A stretch of DNA of 64,000 nucleotides from an uncultured Bdellovibrionales bacterium (GTDB lineage: Bacteria; Patescibacteriota; Minisyncoccia; Moranbacterales; UBA1568), in assembly GCA_964580285.1 (NCBI GenBank), contig CAZOKB010000001.1, positions 9,366-73,365 of the forward strand, given 5' to 3'. Below are positions 27,529-36,843 of the stretch, piece after piece. The notes beneath the pieces were generated by a model, which worked only from the letters and a program-made list of their open reading frames with translations, did no database searches and had not been told where the DNA came from. Within the stretch, counting starts at the first letter, position 1, and every line of letters begins with the position of its first letter. Both the position numbers and the translations under genes were made by a program.

Positions 27529-28286
27529 ACGAATACCTTAAAAAAAATCTAGGATTGGTTATGCTGGTGGCTATCCTCATAGCGATGGGTCTGGTGTACT
27601 GGTTCGGTATCCGTATGATGGGCGATGTGATTGCTCATGAACAGAATGATATCCAGAAGGCGATTGCTGTGCGGGAGAATCGTGAACGACAACTTGGCAA
27701 GCTTCAGGAATACCAGGACCAATACGATACGATCTTACGGGATGAGGATACCCTGAAGGTATTCACTGAAAAGGAGCATATGATTGATTTCATTAAACAA
27801 TTGGAAGGGTTGGCTCAGGAGAGCGGAGTGCATATTGTGATCGAGGCTCGTGAGGGTGCTCCGGTAAAACCAGCGGCAAAGGTGGCGGCCGATACGGATA
27901 AGTCAGATGTTCCTGATACGGCTGCTAAAACGAATGCAAAGAAAGATAAAAGTATTATCGGTAATTTGCCTACCCAGGAATACACGCGATTGGCCTTACG
28001 GGTGTCCGGAGATACAAAGAAAGTGATTCAATATATCCATAAGGTGGAGACACTCCCGGTAGCGCTTGACGTGATTGCTCTGGATGCGACACGAAAAGAG
28101 AGAGAGATAACACGAGTGAATGCTCCGGCTGCGGCAGCGCCGGTCGTTACTCCTGAAGCAATGACACGTGAAGGTTCGGGACTCTTTGTAGCGGTACCAG
28201 AAACAACCCCGACTCCTGAATCAATTACTCCAGCAGCTTTTAATCTGGAGGTAGTGGCAGATATGATTGTATACCATAGTCAGTAA
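27525..28286 (+). CDS. PilO-like pilus assembly protein
   Basis: One TM helix is followed by a coiled coil. The call rests on position after pilN. Confidence 0.45.
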   Translation: MNEYLKKNLGLVMLVAILIAMGLVYWFGIRMMGDVIAHEQNDIQKAIAVRENRERQLGKLQEYQDQYDTILRDEDTLKVFTEKEHMIDFIKQLEGLAQESGVHIVIEAREGAPVKPAAKVAADTDKSDVPDTAAKTNAKKDKSIIGNLPTQEYTRLALRVSGDTKKVIQYIHKVETLPVALDVIALDATRKEREITRVNAPAAAAPVVTPEAMTREGSGLFVAVPETTPTPESITPAAFNLEVVADMIVYHSQ

Positions 28287-28292
28287 TACCCT

Positions 28293-28640
28293 ATGAAATT
28301 CTCCTCACTCAAGAAACTTTCTTTCAAGTCCGGTCTCTCTGTTCGGAAAAGCATGTTGTTTTGGTATCGTTCCTACCGGTGGCTCTTGATAGTACTTTTT
28401 TTGGGTATCCTTGCTCTTGGAGGATGGAATTGGTATGAGAGCCTCTATCGGTATGCCTGGACCGATGCTCAAAAAAAACAATTCTTGGAATCCTATGCAG
28501 CTGAAACGGATTTTCGGGCGGCTCGCTTTGAGAAGGTTATCCATGAGTTGAATACTCGGAAGGAGCGGAACGCGGAAGTACCGGTGGTACAACACGATCT
28601 TTTCCGATTGGATAAGATCTTGGATAAGAATCTGCATTGA
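28293..28640 (+). CDS. Small single-TM protein at the end of the pilus operon (PilP-like position)
   Basis: The ORF has one TM helix. The call is by context only. Confidence 0.35.
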   Translation: MKFSSLKKLSFKSGLSVRKSMLFWYRSYRWLLIVLFLGILALGGWNWYESLYRYAWTDAQKKQFLESYAAETDFRAARFEKVIHELNTRKERNAEVPVVQHDLFRLDKILDKNLH

Positions 28641-28670
28641 CGAAAACCTGCGGTGTGCTAGGGTATACGG

Positions 28671-29723
28671 ATGCTTATGGTACAGAAGACAAGGCAGGTT
28701 GCCCTGAAAGAACATAGTACGACGCTGCCAGTATGGCGACTGACTCAGATGGAGCAGGCGCTTTTTTTGCCGTCCACCCGTTCTTTTCGGGATATAACGG
28801 CCTTGCCAGCTCAGTGGCGCGAGACATTGGATGCGAGTGATACGTTTGTTGCGTATCAATCCGTTCACGTGTTTGGGAGTAAAAAACGGGATACGTTTAA
28901 AGCGCTACTGGAACTCAAAGATGGCAAGCGGATCGAAACGGTGCTCATGAAAAACAGTCGTGACCAGTATTCCGTCTGTGTGTCGACCCAGGTAGGGTGT
29001 GCGATGGCCTGCACCTTTTGTGCGACCGGCACGATGGGGTTTACCCGGAATCTTACGAGCGATGAAATTGTGGATCAGTACCGCTTTTGGATGTACTACC
29101 TAGCGGATCATCCGGAGATTACGGAGAGAATCAGCAATGTGGTCTATATGGGTATGGGGGAGCCTCTGGCGAATTATGACCAGGTGAAACAGTCGCTCCA
29201 AATGTTGCTAAAATACACGGATTTGGGGCCGACTCGTATTACGGTGTCGACGGTCGGACTCGTGCCAATGCTTGAATTTCTTCTCAAGGATCCAGAGTGG
29301 CCGCCGGTGCGCTTAGCGGTTTCGCTCCACAGTGCCGATCCGCAAACACGCCAAGAAATCATGCCGACTTCATACCCAGAATTTCTGGAGAAACTGGGCA
29401 ATTGGACGAAAAAATATTTCGCAAAGTTTGATTCCAAGCGGCGGCACCTGACCTTTGAGTATATTATGCTGTCGGGAGTGAATGATACTGCAGCGCATGC
29501 CGAGCATCTCATTCGCTTTGCGCGCCAAGTTGGTAAAGTGCGGATTAACCTGATCCCGTATAACTATACGAGTGAGCGCTACACAAAGAGTACGGAAGGG
29601 GGTATTGCGCGCTTCCAAACACTGTTGGAGAAAGTCGGTATCGATGTGACTCGTCGGCGGACGCGAGGGGAGGATATCGCTGCCGCCTGTGGCCAGCTGG
29701 TGGTCGAGGAGAAGAAAGACTAA
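28671..29723 (+). CDS. rlmN: Radical-SAM 23S rRNA/tRNA adenine C2 methyltransferase RlmN
   Basis: The RlmN/Cfr signature QVGCAMACTFCATG is present. The C-terminal conserved Cys is in GEDIAAACGQL. Confidence 0.85.
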   Translation: MLMVQKTRQVALKEHSTTLPVWRLTQMEQALFLPSTRSFRDITALPAQWRETLDASDTFVAYQSVHVFGSKKRDTFKALLELKDGKRIETVLMKNSRDQYSVCVSTQVGCAMACTFCATGTMGFTRNLTSDEIVDQYRFWMYYLADHPEITERISNVVYMGMGEPLANYDQVKQSLQMLLKYTDLGPTRITVSTVGLVPMLEFLLKDPEWPPVRLAVSLHSADPQTRQEIMPTSYPEFLEKLGNWTKKYFAKFDSKRRHLTFEYIMLSGVNDTAAHAEHLIRFARQVGKVRINLIPYNYTSERYTKSTEGGIARFQTLLEKVGIDVTRRRTRGEDIAAACGQLVVEEKKD

Positions 29724-29814
29724 AGAACAGGACTTGATCGTTGATTTTTACCTTGTTTACGACTATACTTCTACAGTTGCATCTCATACCGACTTCTTGT
29801 TTTCTTGATGAGTT

Positions 29815-30984
29815 ATGGCTCAAAAATACTTCATTCATACCTTTGGGTGTCAGCAGAATGAGGCTGATTCGGAACGGATCGCTAGTTTTTATGAATCACG
29901 CGGTCTTCTTCCAGCTAGAAATATTCACGTGGCAGACGTGATTGTGCTCAACACCTGTGTCGTGCGGGAACGGGCTGAGGAAAAAGTGTTCGGGTTGATC
30001 CGTAATATTCGGAGCGGACTCAAAGGGAATAGGGACGCGAGGATCGTTGTGACCGGTTGCTTGATCGGCGCGGCGTCCCGGGTGCCAGGAGGCAAGATGA
30101 TGAAGAAGCTTCGTATGCGGCTGCCGGATGTAGAATTTCTGCCGTTGGAAGAAGTTGGATTTGAACACGCACCGAAACGCACACGGAGACAGTCAGCATC
30201 TATTCCTATCTCCAATGGATGCAATAACTACTGCGCGTACTGTATCGTCCCCTTTTCGCGGGGTAAGGAGCGATCACGTTCTTTCGAAGAAATTCTCAAT
30301 GAAGCGCAGGAAGCTGTACAGCAGGGAGCGGAAGAAATTTTCTTGCTGGGTCAGAATGTTAATTCTTACGGAGCGGATTTTTTGATGGAAAAATTGAAAA
30401 CAGGGGAAAAGTATTTGTTACCCGGTGGAACACTCGTTGAACCAGTCATGGTGAAGCACTTGAATCGTCATCGTATTCCTACGCTATTTCCGTACCTGCT
30501 CGAAGCGGTAGCGAATATTCCCGGAGTCAAAAAAATCATGTTCATGTCTTCGAACCCATGGGACTTTTCTGACCAACTGATTGAAGTGATTGCCCGGCAT
30601 ACCAATATCGACCGGCTTATTCATTTGCCAGTACAGGCCGGGAGTGATGCGGTGCTCAAGCGCATGAATCGCTGGTATACGCGAGATGAATATTTGGCAC
30701 TCATCGCTCGGATCAGAGAAAAAATACCTGAGGTGAAATTCACAACGGATATCATTGTGGGTTTTCCCGGTGAAACAGAAGCAGATTTTGAGGCAACGAA
30801 AGCCGTGGCGCAGGCAGTAAAATTTGAGAAGGCTTATATTGCTTGGTATTCACCGCGCCCGGGGACACAGGGGATGAAAGAGCTTTCGGACGATGTACCT
30901 TTTCTTGAAAAAAAGCGTCGGCATCGGGAACTCGATGCATTGGTTCTTACATTGGCGGGGAATGAGTGGGCTATTAAGCATTGA
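29815..30984 (+). CDS. MiaB/RimO-family radical-SAM methylthiotransferase, short form without an obvious TRAM domain
   Basis: The MTTase N-domain motif TFGCQQNEADSE is present. The radical-SAM motif CNNYCAYC is also present. At 389 aa the protein ends before the usual TRAM domain. Confidence 0.8.
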   Translation: MAQKYFIHTFGCQQNEADSERIASFYESRGLLPARNIHVADVIVLNTCVVRERAEEKVFGLIRNIRSGLKGNRDARIVVTGCLIGAASRVPGGKMMKKLRMRLPDVEFLPLEEVGFEHAPKRTRRQSASIPISNGCNNYCAYCIVPFSRGKERSRSFEEILNEAQEAVQQGAEEIFLLGQNVNSYGADFLMEKLKTGEKYLLPGGTLVEPVMVKHLNRHRIPTLFPYLLEAVANIPGVKKIMFMSSNPWDFSDQLIEVIARHTNIDRLIHLPVQAGSDAVLKRMNRWYTRDEYLALIARIREKIPEVKFTTDIIVGFPGETEADFEATKAVAQAVKFEKAYIAWYSPRPGTQGMKELSDDVPFLEKKRRHRELDALVLTLAGNEWAIKH

Positions 30985-31094
30985 GTGGGAATATCGAGTA
31001 GAGAATATTGAATGTTGAATAGGGAAGAGAATATAGGTTTTTCTGGCTACGAAAGAGATTTTTTCTGTTACCAAAGATGAAGGGTCTATCTGGC

Positions 31095-31160
31095 GGAGAC
31101 AGATACTTCTCCCGATGCCCGAGACTTGCCGATAGCAAGGGAAAACCTTTATTTCACCCC
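31095..31160 (-). repeat. Dispersed hairpin element, copy 4 (degenerate or partial)
   Basis: The core is GCCCGAGACTTGCCGATAGCAAGG. Stem complementarity is poorer than in the other copies. Confidence 0.6.
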
Positions 31161-31238
31161 AGCAGGCAAAAGCACAGGATGAGGGATGAATTTCCGTGTT
31201 AGTATGGAGGTGCTATGACGATGAAATCTATGAAAACA

Positions 31239-32015
31239 ATGACACCGCTTTCTCTGGTTTCTTGGAACGTGAATGGTATCCGGGCCGCTGAACGGAAAGG
31301 GTTTCTTGAGTGGCTCAACCACCATAAATATTCTATTGTCTGTCTCCAGGAGACAAAGATCTCGCATCCGGATCAGTTATCGGATTCATTGGCACAGCCG
31401 CCGGGCTATTTCGCCTATTTCCATTGTGCAACCGAGAAAAAGGGGTACAGCGGCACCGCTGTCTATACTCGCGAAGAGCCATTTGAAGTAAAGACTTTTT
31501 TTGGAGACAATCTCCTTTCAAAAGAGGGGCGCATGATGGAACTGCACTTCAAGGATTTTGTGCTGCTCAATATCTATTTTCCGAATGGTGGGTCGGGTGA
31601 AGAGCGGCTGCGGTACAAGATGCGTTTCTATACGGAATTTCTCGAATATATTTCCGAGCTAGTCCGGCAAGGAAAAAATATCGTGTTCTGCGGCGATGTG
31701 AATACGGCGCATCAGGAAATTGACCTCGCTCGTCCCAAAGAGAATGAGAAGATTTCTGGATTTCTACCCATAGAGAGAGCCTGGATGGATGAGCTCGTTG
31801 GAGCAGGATTTATCGACACATTCCGGAGGGCGGAACCCGAGACGGTGAAGTATTCCTGGTGGGATATGAAGACACGGGCCCGCGAGCGCAACGTGGGTTG
31901 GCGGATTGATTATTTCTTCGTGAATCAGGGTTTTGTTCTACGGGTGATGGAAACGGAATACCTGAATGATATTGTGGGGTCGGATCATTGTCCGGTACTG
32001 CTTAAGATCGCTTAG
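31239..32015 (+). CDS. xth: Exodeoxyribonuclease III (AP endonuclease)
   Basis: The motifs LVSWNVNGIRA, CLQETK and GSDHCPV are present. The start is set at MTPLSL. The supplied ORF start is 31215. Confidence 0.85.
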   Translation: MTPLSLVSWNVNGIRAAERKGFLEWLNHHKYSIVCLQETKISHPDQLSDSLAQPPGYFAYFHCATEKKGYSGTAVYTREEPFEVKTFFGDNLLSKEGRMMELHFKDFVLLNIYFPNGGSGEERLRYKMRFYTEFLEYISELVRQGKNIVFCGDVNTAHQEIDLARPKENEKISGFLPIERAWMDELVGAGFIDTFRRAEPETVKYSWWDMKTRARERNVGWRIDYFFVNQGFVLRVMETEYLNDIVGSDHCPVLLKIA

Positions 32016-32029
32016 GAGAAATATTTTTT

Positions 32030-33265
32030 TTGAATATGCAACAGGCACCTTCTTCAGGAATACCGTCATCGGTTCCGTTGCCGGAACGGATGCGGCCGCA
32101 GTCGGCAGACACGTATCTTGGCCAGGAAAAGATTTTTGGCGAGGGCTCATTTTTACGTGAAGCGGTACGGAACGGTGTTATTCCTTCCCTCTTGTTCTGG
32201 GGACCGCCAGGAAGCGGTAAGACAACGCTGGCTCGGATTTTGTCACACGAGTTGGCAGCGGAATTTATTCAATTATCGGCGGTTGAAAGCGGTAAGAAAG
32301 ATCTGACTGCCGTACTGGAGCGCGCCAGAATGAATCAAGCGGAGGGGAGACGTACGCTGTTGTTCTTAGATGAAATCCATCGGTGGAACAAAGCACAGCA
32401 AGACGCCTTACTTCCTTTTGTGGAATCAGGAATCATTACCCTGATCGGAGCGACGACCGAGAATCCAAGCTTTTCGGTGAACGCCGCGCTTCTTTCACGG
32501 ACCCGGGTGTTAGTGCTGTCAGTCCTTTCCCCAGAGGTGATAGAGATGTTGCTTGATCGGGCAATCAGTGAAGATGATTTTCTGATCGCAGCTGGTGTCG
32601 AGGTTGAGACTGGTGTAACCAGATTTTTGGCAGAGGCGTCTGGCGGCGATGCCCGGCAAGCACTTTCGGCACTTGAGGCTTGTGCGTTACGGACACCACG
32701 CATTACACTCGCGCTGGCAGAGGAGGTAATGCAGCGTTCGCACTTGCTCTACGATAAGCAAGGGGAATGGCACTACGATGTCATTTCCGCGCTGCACAAA
32801 TCCATGCGGGGTGGTGATGCGGATGGAGCGCTCTATTGGTTGGGACGGATGTTGGAAGCTGGTGAGGATCCGCTCTATGTGGCGAGACGCATGATTCGCT
32901 TCGCTTCTGAGGATATCGGGGTGGCGAACTCCTTTGCATTGCCTCAGGCAGTGGCGGCGTACGAAGCCTGTCAGCGGATCGGGATGCCGGAATGTGAGTT
33001 GAATTTAGCTCAGGCCGCCGTGTATTTGGCTAAATCAAAGAAGTCCAACGCGCTTTATGTAGCTTATGGCCAAGTGAAAGAAGATATCCGTCGGTTCCCT
33101 AATGAACCGGTGCCGTTCCATCTCCGTAACGCTCCGACAAAGCTCATGAAAGGGCTTGGGTATGGGAAAAATTATAAATACACGCCAAACTACGTAACCG
33201 AGGAAGCGGCTCATCAGGAGTATCTTCCAGAACGGCTCAAGAATCGGAAATATCTAGAGTTTTAG
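32030..33265 (+). CDS. rarA: Replication-associated recombination protein A (AAA+ ATPase)
   Basis: The Walker A motif [11 protein letters not shown], the Walker B motif LFLDEIH, sensor motifs and the MgsA C-terminal domain are present. Confidence 0.85.
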   Translation: MNMQQAPSSGIPSSVPLPERMRPQSADTYLGQEKIFGEGSFLREAVRNGVIPSLLFWGPPGSGKTTLARILSHELAAEFIQLSAVESGKKDLTAVLERARMNQAEGRRTLLFLDEIHRWNKAQQDALLPFVESGIITLIGATTENPSFSVNAALLSRTRVLVLSVLSPEVIEMLLDRAISEDDFLIAAGVEVETGVTRFLAEASGGDARQALSALEACALRTPRITLALAEEVMQRSHLLYDKQGEWHYDVISALHKSMRGGDADGALYWLGRMLEAGEDPLYVARRMIRFASEDIGVANSFALPQAVAAYEACQRIGMPECELNLAQAAVYLAKSKKSNALYVAYGQVKEDIRRFPNEPVPFHLRNAPTKLMKGLGYGKNYKYTPNYVTEEAAHQEYLPERLKNRKYLEF

Positions 33266-33272
33266 CGAGGAT

Positions 33273-33301
33273 TGACAAGAATCCAGAAATACAGTATGCT
33301 G
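33273..33301 (+). promoter_or_regulatory. Candidate sigma70 promoter TTGACA-N17-TATGCT
   Basis: A perfect -35 hexamer is followed by a 17-nt spacer and a -10 hexamer TATGCT. It sits at the start of an 800-bp gap with no long ORF. Confidence 0.35.
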
Positions 33302-33551
33302 CTTAAGTGATGCTGTTAGCATCCGGGTAAACGACCTCAACGTAAAGTATCTGTTAGGCCGTTTTTTGTTTTCAGTGTTGTTTAACAAAGCACGAGGAGA
33401 GAGTCTTGATTATCTGCGAACGATCCGCTGGCGTCCAAGGGAGAATGAGCCCCATGCAAGAGCGGATTTTGGTTGTACTGGCCCAGACGGCAAGGTACTT
33501 TGGTATCCCGCGGGCCTGCATTCCCTTGTCCTAAGGAAGAAGGAGACGCTA

Positions 33552-33724
33552 TGGTAACTCAAGGAGACATAGAGCACTTCAGTGATTTGTATCGGGAAGG
33601 GGAGAATAATAACTCGCCGCCGGTGCAGCTATGTAACCCGTTCTATTGGAACTATTGCTTCTGGCAAATCATCGGTGCTGCTTGTCAGACAGTACTGGCG
33701 GAACCGGAGGGAACCAGTGCCTGA
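33552..33724 (+). CDS. Candidate small protein (57 aa)
   Basis: A strong RBS (AAGGAG) lies 7 nt upstream of the ATG. No homology is recognised. Confidence 0.25.
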
Positions 33725-33923
33725 ACAGTTCATACAGCGAGGTTTGGAAGCAACACAGTCGGGAGCGCATAACCTGTCTGTCGCACGAGCTTCTCTTTTG
33801 GCGGCCCGGATTCAGTTCGGTCGCTTACCAGAACCACAGAGGACCCAAGAAGTCTTAGAACGGATCGCTCAATTACACCATCGGGTTGAGGCTCTGTATC
33901 GAGGGATGCCTCTAACGGAGTAG
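33716..33923 (+). CDS. Candidate small helical protein (69 aa, GTG start, coupled to the previous ORF)
   Basis: A GGAGGG sequence lies 8 nt upstream of the GTG. The start overlaps the upstream stop (aGTGccTGA). A strong terminator follows. Confidence 0.25.
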
Positions 33924-33940
33924 TCGAAGTGGTGCACAAT

Positions 33941-33981
33941 CCCGGGGCAAGGAAGTTTTTCTTGCCCCGGGTTTTTCTTTT
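33941..33981 (+). terminator. Strong rho-independent terminator
   Basis: The sequence is CCCGGGGCAAG-gaagttttt-CTTGCCCCGGG followed by TTTTTCTTTT. It forms an 11-bp perfect stem. Confidence 0.75.
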
Positions 33982-34074
33982 CGAGTACAGAGATGGATTT
34001 TGCAGAGGAGCTGAGATGTGATTGAATAAAAGACTGAGGATGCTCAGATTCTTACTTTTTAATAGAGTAGTCCT

Positions 34075-34560
34075 ATGTTGCCAAAACTCAACAAAGCAGC
34101 TCCAGGCTTTTCTCTCCCTGATCAAGACGGCGTGCAGCATTCGCTCTCTGAATACCGGGGACATGTGGTAGTCCTCTATTTCTATCCGAAGGATGACACA
34201 CTGGGCTGTACGCAAGAAGCGTGTGGTTTTCGTGACGCGTATGCTCGCTTTAAGCGGGCCGGTATAGTGGTACTCGGAGTCTCAGTAGATTCAGTAAAAA
34301 AACACGCCAAATTTAGAACGAAGTATGCGTTGCCATTTACGTTGCTGGCTGATGAAGAAAAGGCAGTGGTTGAATGTTATGGTGTATGGGCGCAAAAGAA
34401 ATTCATGGGACGAGAATACATGGGCATACTTCGGACGACTTTTTTGATCGATCCGCAAGGGAAAATTTCCAAGATCTACGAGAACGTGAAACCGGAAGCT
34501 CATGCTGATGCGGTGCTTACGGATGCGAAGGCTCTGCTCAAGCTGCAAAAAAATACGTAA
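34075..34560 (+). CDS. bcp: Thiol peroxidase Bcp (peroxiredoxin, AhpC/TSA family)
   Basis: The motif FYPKDDTLGCT has the peroxidatic Cys. The size is about 160 aa. Confidence 0.85.
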   Translation: MLPKLNKAAPGFSLPDQDGVQHSLSEYRGHVVVLYFYPKDDTLGCTQEACGFRDAYARFKRAGIVVLGVSVDSVKKHAKFRTKYALPFTLLADEEKAVVECYGVWAQKKFMGREYMGILRTTFLIDPQGKISKIYENVKPEAHADAVLTDAKALLKLQKNT

Positions 34561-34574
34561 CGTAGAGTTCTTGA

Positions 34575-34770
34575 CGCAAAAGAACGATTTCCTGAATCCC
34601 CCCTAAAAGTCTATCGGGAAATTTTTTCGGACCATGTCGCTTCCGATCGGGAACCGTTTCCGGTATAAGCGCCGCAAAAAAATTTCCTGACTCCCGAGTT
34701 TACATAGGGGCACAGGGAATTTTGTCGGCGTGATACCGGAAAACAGTCGATCGGAAGTGCGGTACGAAAG
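34575..34770 (+). repeat. Imperfect tandem repeat of ~95 bp (2 units plus a partial third) with TTTCCTGA(A/C)TCCC and GGGAA-TTTT-TCGG and TCGATCGG(G)AA blocks
   Basis: Unit 1 starts at 34575, unit 2 at 34673 and a partial unit 3 at 34766. A terminator-like GGCTTTTCAAGGCCGTTTTTTT follows at about 34795-34825. Confidence 0.55.
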
Positions 34771-34865
34771 GGTTTCCTGATAGGCTTTTGATATAAGAAT
34801 AAAAATGGCTTTTCAAGGCCGTTTTTTTATGGTTGCTCGGTGGATAACTTGGGTAGGGAGGGGTG

Positions 34866-34931
34866 TTGACCGGTTTCCCATAAGTGGAGTAAAATGGTGA
34901 TACATACCTATAAAGTGGTGAAAAGTGGTGA
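34866..34931 (+). promoter_or_regulatory. mraZ promoter (TTGACC-N18-TAAAAT) with overlapping direct GTGG(A/T)G repeats (candidate MraZ operator)
   Basis: The repeats are aaGTGGAGtaaaATGGTGatacatacctataaaGTGGTGaaaaGTGGTGaaaa, immediately upstream of the mraZ ATG at 34950. MraZ is known to bind direct repeats in its own promoter. Confidence 0.5.
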
Positions 34932-34949
34932 AAACAAAGTAAAGGGATT

Positions 34950-35384
34950 ATGTTCATTGGTGAGTACTCACATTCGATTGATCCAAAAAAGCGCCTGGCG
35001 CTACCTTCGAAGTTTCGTGGGGAGCTTGGTAATCGAGTGGTGGTAACACGAGGGCTTGATCATTGTCTCTTCGTGTATCCGATGAAGGTCTGGGAAGAGA
35101 TTGCTGCGAAATTGGGAAATTTACCGGTAGGAGAATCAGGAACACGTAGCTTTATCCGCTTGATGCTTTCGGGAGCAGTGGATACAGAGTTGGATAGCCA
35201 AGGGAGAGTGCTTCTCCCGGAGTATCTGAAGAGTGATGCAGGGTTAAAAAAAGATGTAGCAGTAGTAGGTGTCTATAATCGGCTTGAGATTTGGGATGAA
35301 GGGGCATGGAAGAAATACAAGCTGAATGCGGAAAAAAATACTGGCAAGATTGCGGAAGAACTCGGTAAGCTCGGCGTGTACTAA
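34950..35384 (+). CDS. mraZ: Transcriptional regulator MraZ
   Basis: Two MraZ/SpoVT-AbrB repeats with DxxxR motifs are present. It is the first gene of the dcw cluster. Confidence 0.9.
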   Translation: MFIGEYSHSIDPKKRLALPSKFRGELGNRVVVTRGLDHCLFVYPMKVWEEIAAKLGNLPVGESGTRSFIRLMLSGAVDTELDSQGRVLLPEYLKSDAGLKKDVAVVGVYNRLEIWDEGAWKKYKLNAEKNTGKIAEELGKLGVY

Positions 35385-35480
35385 AAAAGTTCTCTCAGAA
35401 TTACGTACAGCAAGAAAAGAAAAGTTCAGCATTCAAAATAAAAATTGACCGAACAGAACGATTTCTATTTTGAGGGTTGA

Positions 35481-36452
35481 ATGAGTATGAATGAGACGCA
35501 GCATATTGCAGTACTGGCGGAAGAGGTTCTTCTCGGATTGCACCTTAAGAATGGGGATAGGGTGATTGACGCAACGCTCGGCGGAGGCGGACACACGCTT
35601 CTTATGAAGCAGGCCTTGGGAGAGAGTGGCCGTATTCTCTCGCTTGATATGGATGTCGAAGCGATTGCTCGTTTCGAAGCTCGGGTGAGAGGAGATGCGT
35701 ACCTCGGGCGGGAAATGGAAGAGGGTCGGCTCTGCGTAGCGCACGCGAACTTTTCTGATATTGCGCGTGTCGCAGAGGAACGGGGCTTCGGGGAAGTAGA
35801 GGTTTTGTTTGCGGATCTCGGGTATTCCTCTGATCAAATGGATGATGAGTCGCGAGGGCTTTCCTTTATGAAGGATGGTCCGCTCGATATGCGACTGGAT
35901 CGCCAATCAGAGAAGACAGCGGAATTGGTGGTGAATACGTGGTCTGAGGGAGCACTAGCGAAGTTGTTTGCTGAGGCGGGTGACGAGGAATACGCACGCA
36001 GTATTGCTCGCTCGATCGTGAAGCAGCGAGTGGAGCGGGCTTTTTCTGGAACGCTTGAGCTGGCGCAAACAATCGAACGTTCGATACCAGCCCGTATCAG
36101 GGCGGAGCGAAAAACACATCCGGCTACGAAAGTCTTTCAGGCCTTGCGGATCGCGGTGAACGATGAATTAGCAAGTCTGTCGGCGTTACTCCAACAGTCG
36201 CTGGAACTGGTAGTTACCGGAGGGCGAATAGGCATCATCAGTTTTCACTCCGGGGAGGATCGCATGGTCAAAAGGTTTTTTCAGAAAGAAGCGAAGGGGT
36301 GCGAGTGTCCGCCGAATTTCCCGGTTTGTGTGTGCGGTAGGTTGCCGCGGGTGCGCATTCTGACTGCTGAACCCATAGTGCCGAAGGAAGAAGAAATACG
36401 GATCAATCCTCGAGCTCGGAGTGCCAAACTCCGTATTGCCGAGAAGCTCTGA
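35481..36452 (+). CDS. rsmH: 16S rRNA (cytosine1402-N4)-methyltransferase RsmH (MraW)
   Basis: The SAM-binding motif IDATLGGGGHT is present. The gene follows mraZ. Confidence 0.9.
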   Translation: MSMNETQHIAVLAEEVLLGLHLKNGDRVIDATLGGGGHTLLMKQALGESGRILSLDMDVEAIARFEARVRGDAYLGREMEEGRLCVAHANFSDIARVAEERGFGEVEVLFADLGYSSDQMDDESRGLSFMKDGPLDMRLDRQSEKTAELVVNTWSEGALAKLFAEAGDEEYARSIARSIVKQRVERAFSGTLELAQTIERSIPARIRAERKTHPATKVFQALRIAVNDELASLSALLQQSLELVVTGGRIGIISFHSGEDRMVKRFFQKEAKGCECPPNFPVCVCGRLPRVRILTAEPIVPKEEEIRINPRARSAKLRIAEKL

Positions 36453-36492
36453 AAAAGAGCAGGAGTCAAAAAAAACAAAAAAACAAAAGAAT

Positions 36493-36843
36493 ATGCAGAC
36501 GATTATCAGACATAAAAGAAGGGATATTCCCATGGGATCAGCTGCACGCTTGTCTCAACAGGGGTCGACACGAATCGGAGGGTCTTTTGGTGTCTTGCTA
36601 TTTTTGATCGTTTTGTCAGGAGGGTATGTTTTCTCGGTGAACAGCAACGCGGTGCAGGGGTACCATATGCGTCATCTAGAAAAAACTATTACTGATATGA
36701 GAGAGGAAAATGCTCGCTTGCGGATTCTTGAGGCAGATACCAAATCGTTTCAGCGGATAGAAGAAGCGAGCGGTTCTTTGGTGCTTGAGCGCGCAGATAC
36801 GCCGCAGTATTTTGAAGAACGAGATGTGGTGGCTCTACGTTGA
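36493..36843 (+). CDS. FtsL-like cell division protein
   Basis: It is a small bitopic protein with one TM helix and a coiled coil (leucine-zipper-like). It lies between rsmH and ftsI. The start is at MQTIIRH. Confidence 0.5.
   Translation: MQTIIRHKRRDIPMGSAARLSQQGSTRIGGSFGVLLFLIVLSGGYVFSVNSNAVQGYHMRHLEKTITDMREENARLRILEADTKSFQRIEEASGSLVLERADTPQYFEERDVVALR

Noticed and set aside
33300-33935. Searched the ORF-poor gap for RNase P RNA (GGAAAGTCCGG, ACAGAA...CCGGCTTA), tmRNA (tag reading frame plus tRNA-like end), SRP RNA (GGTGCTGTTT...GGAAGGAAGCAGC) and 6S RNA.
   Set aside because: Only a partial GGTGCTGCTT match was found, with none of the other conserved blocks. Two RBS-preceded coupled small ORFs provide a simpler explanation.
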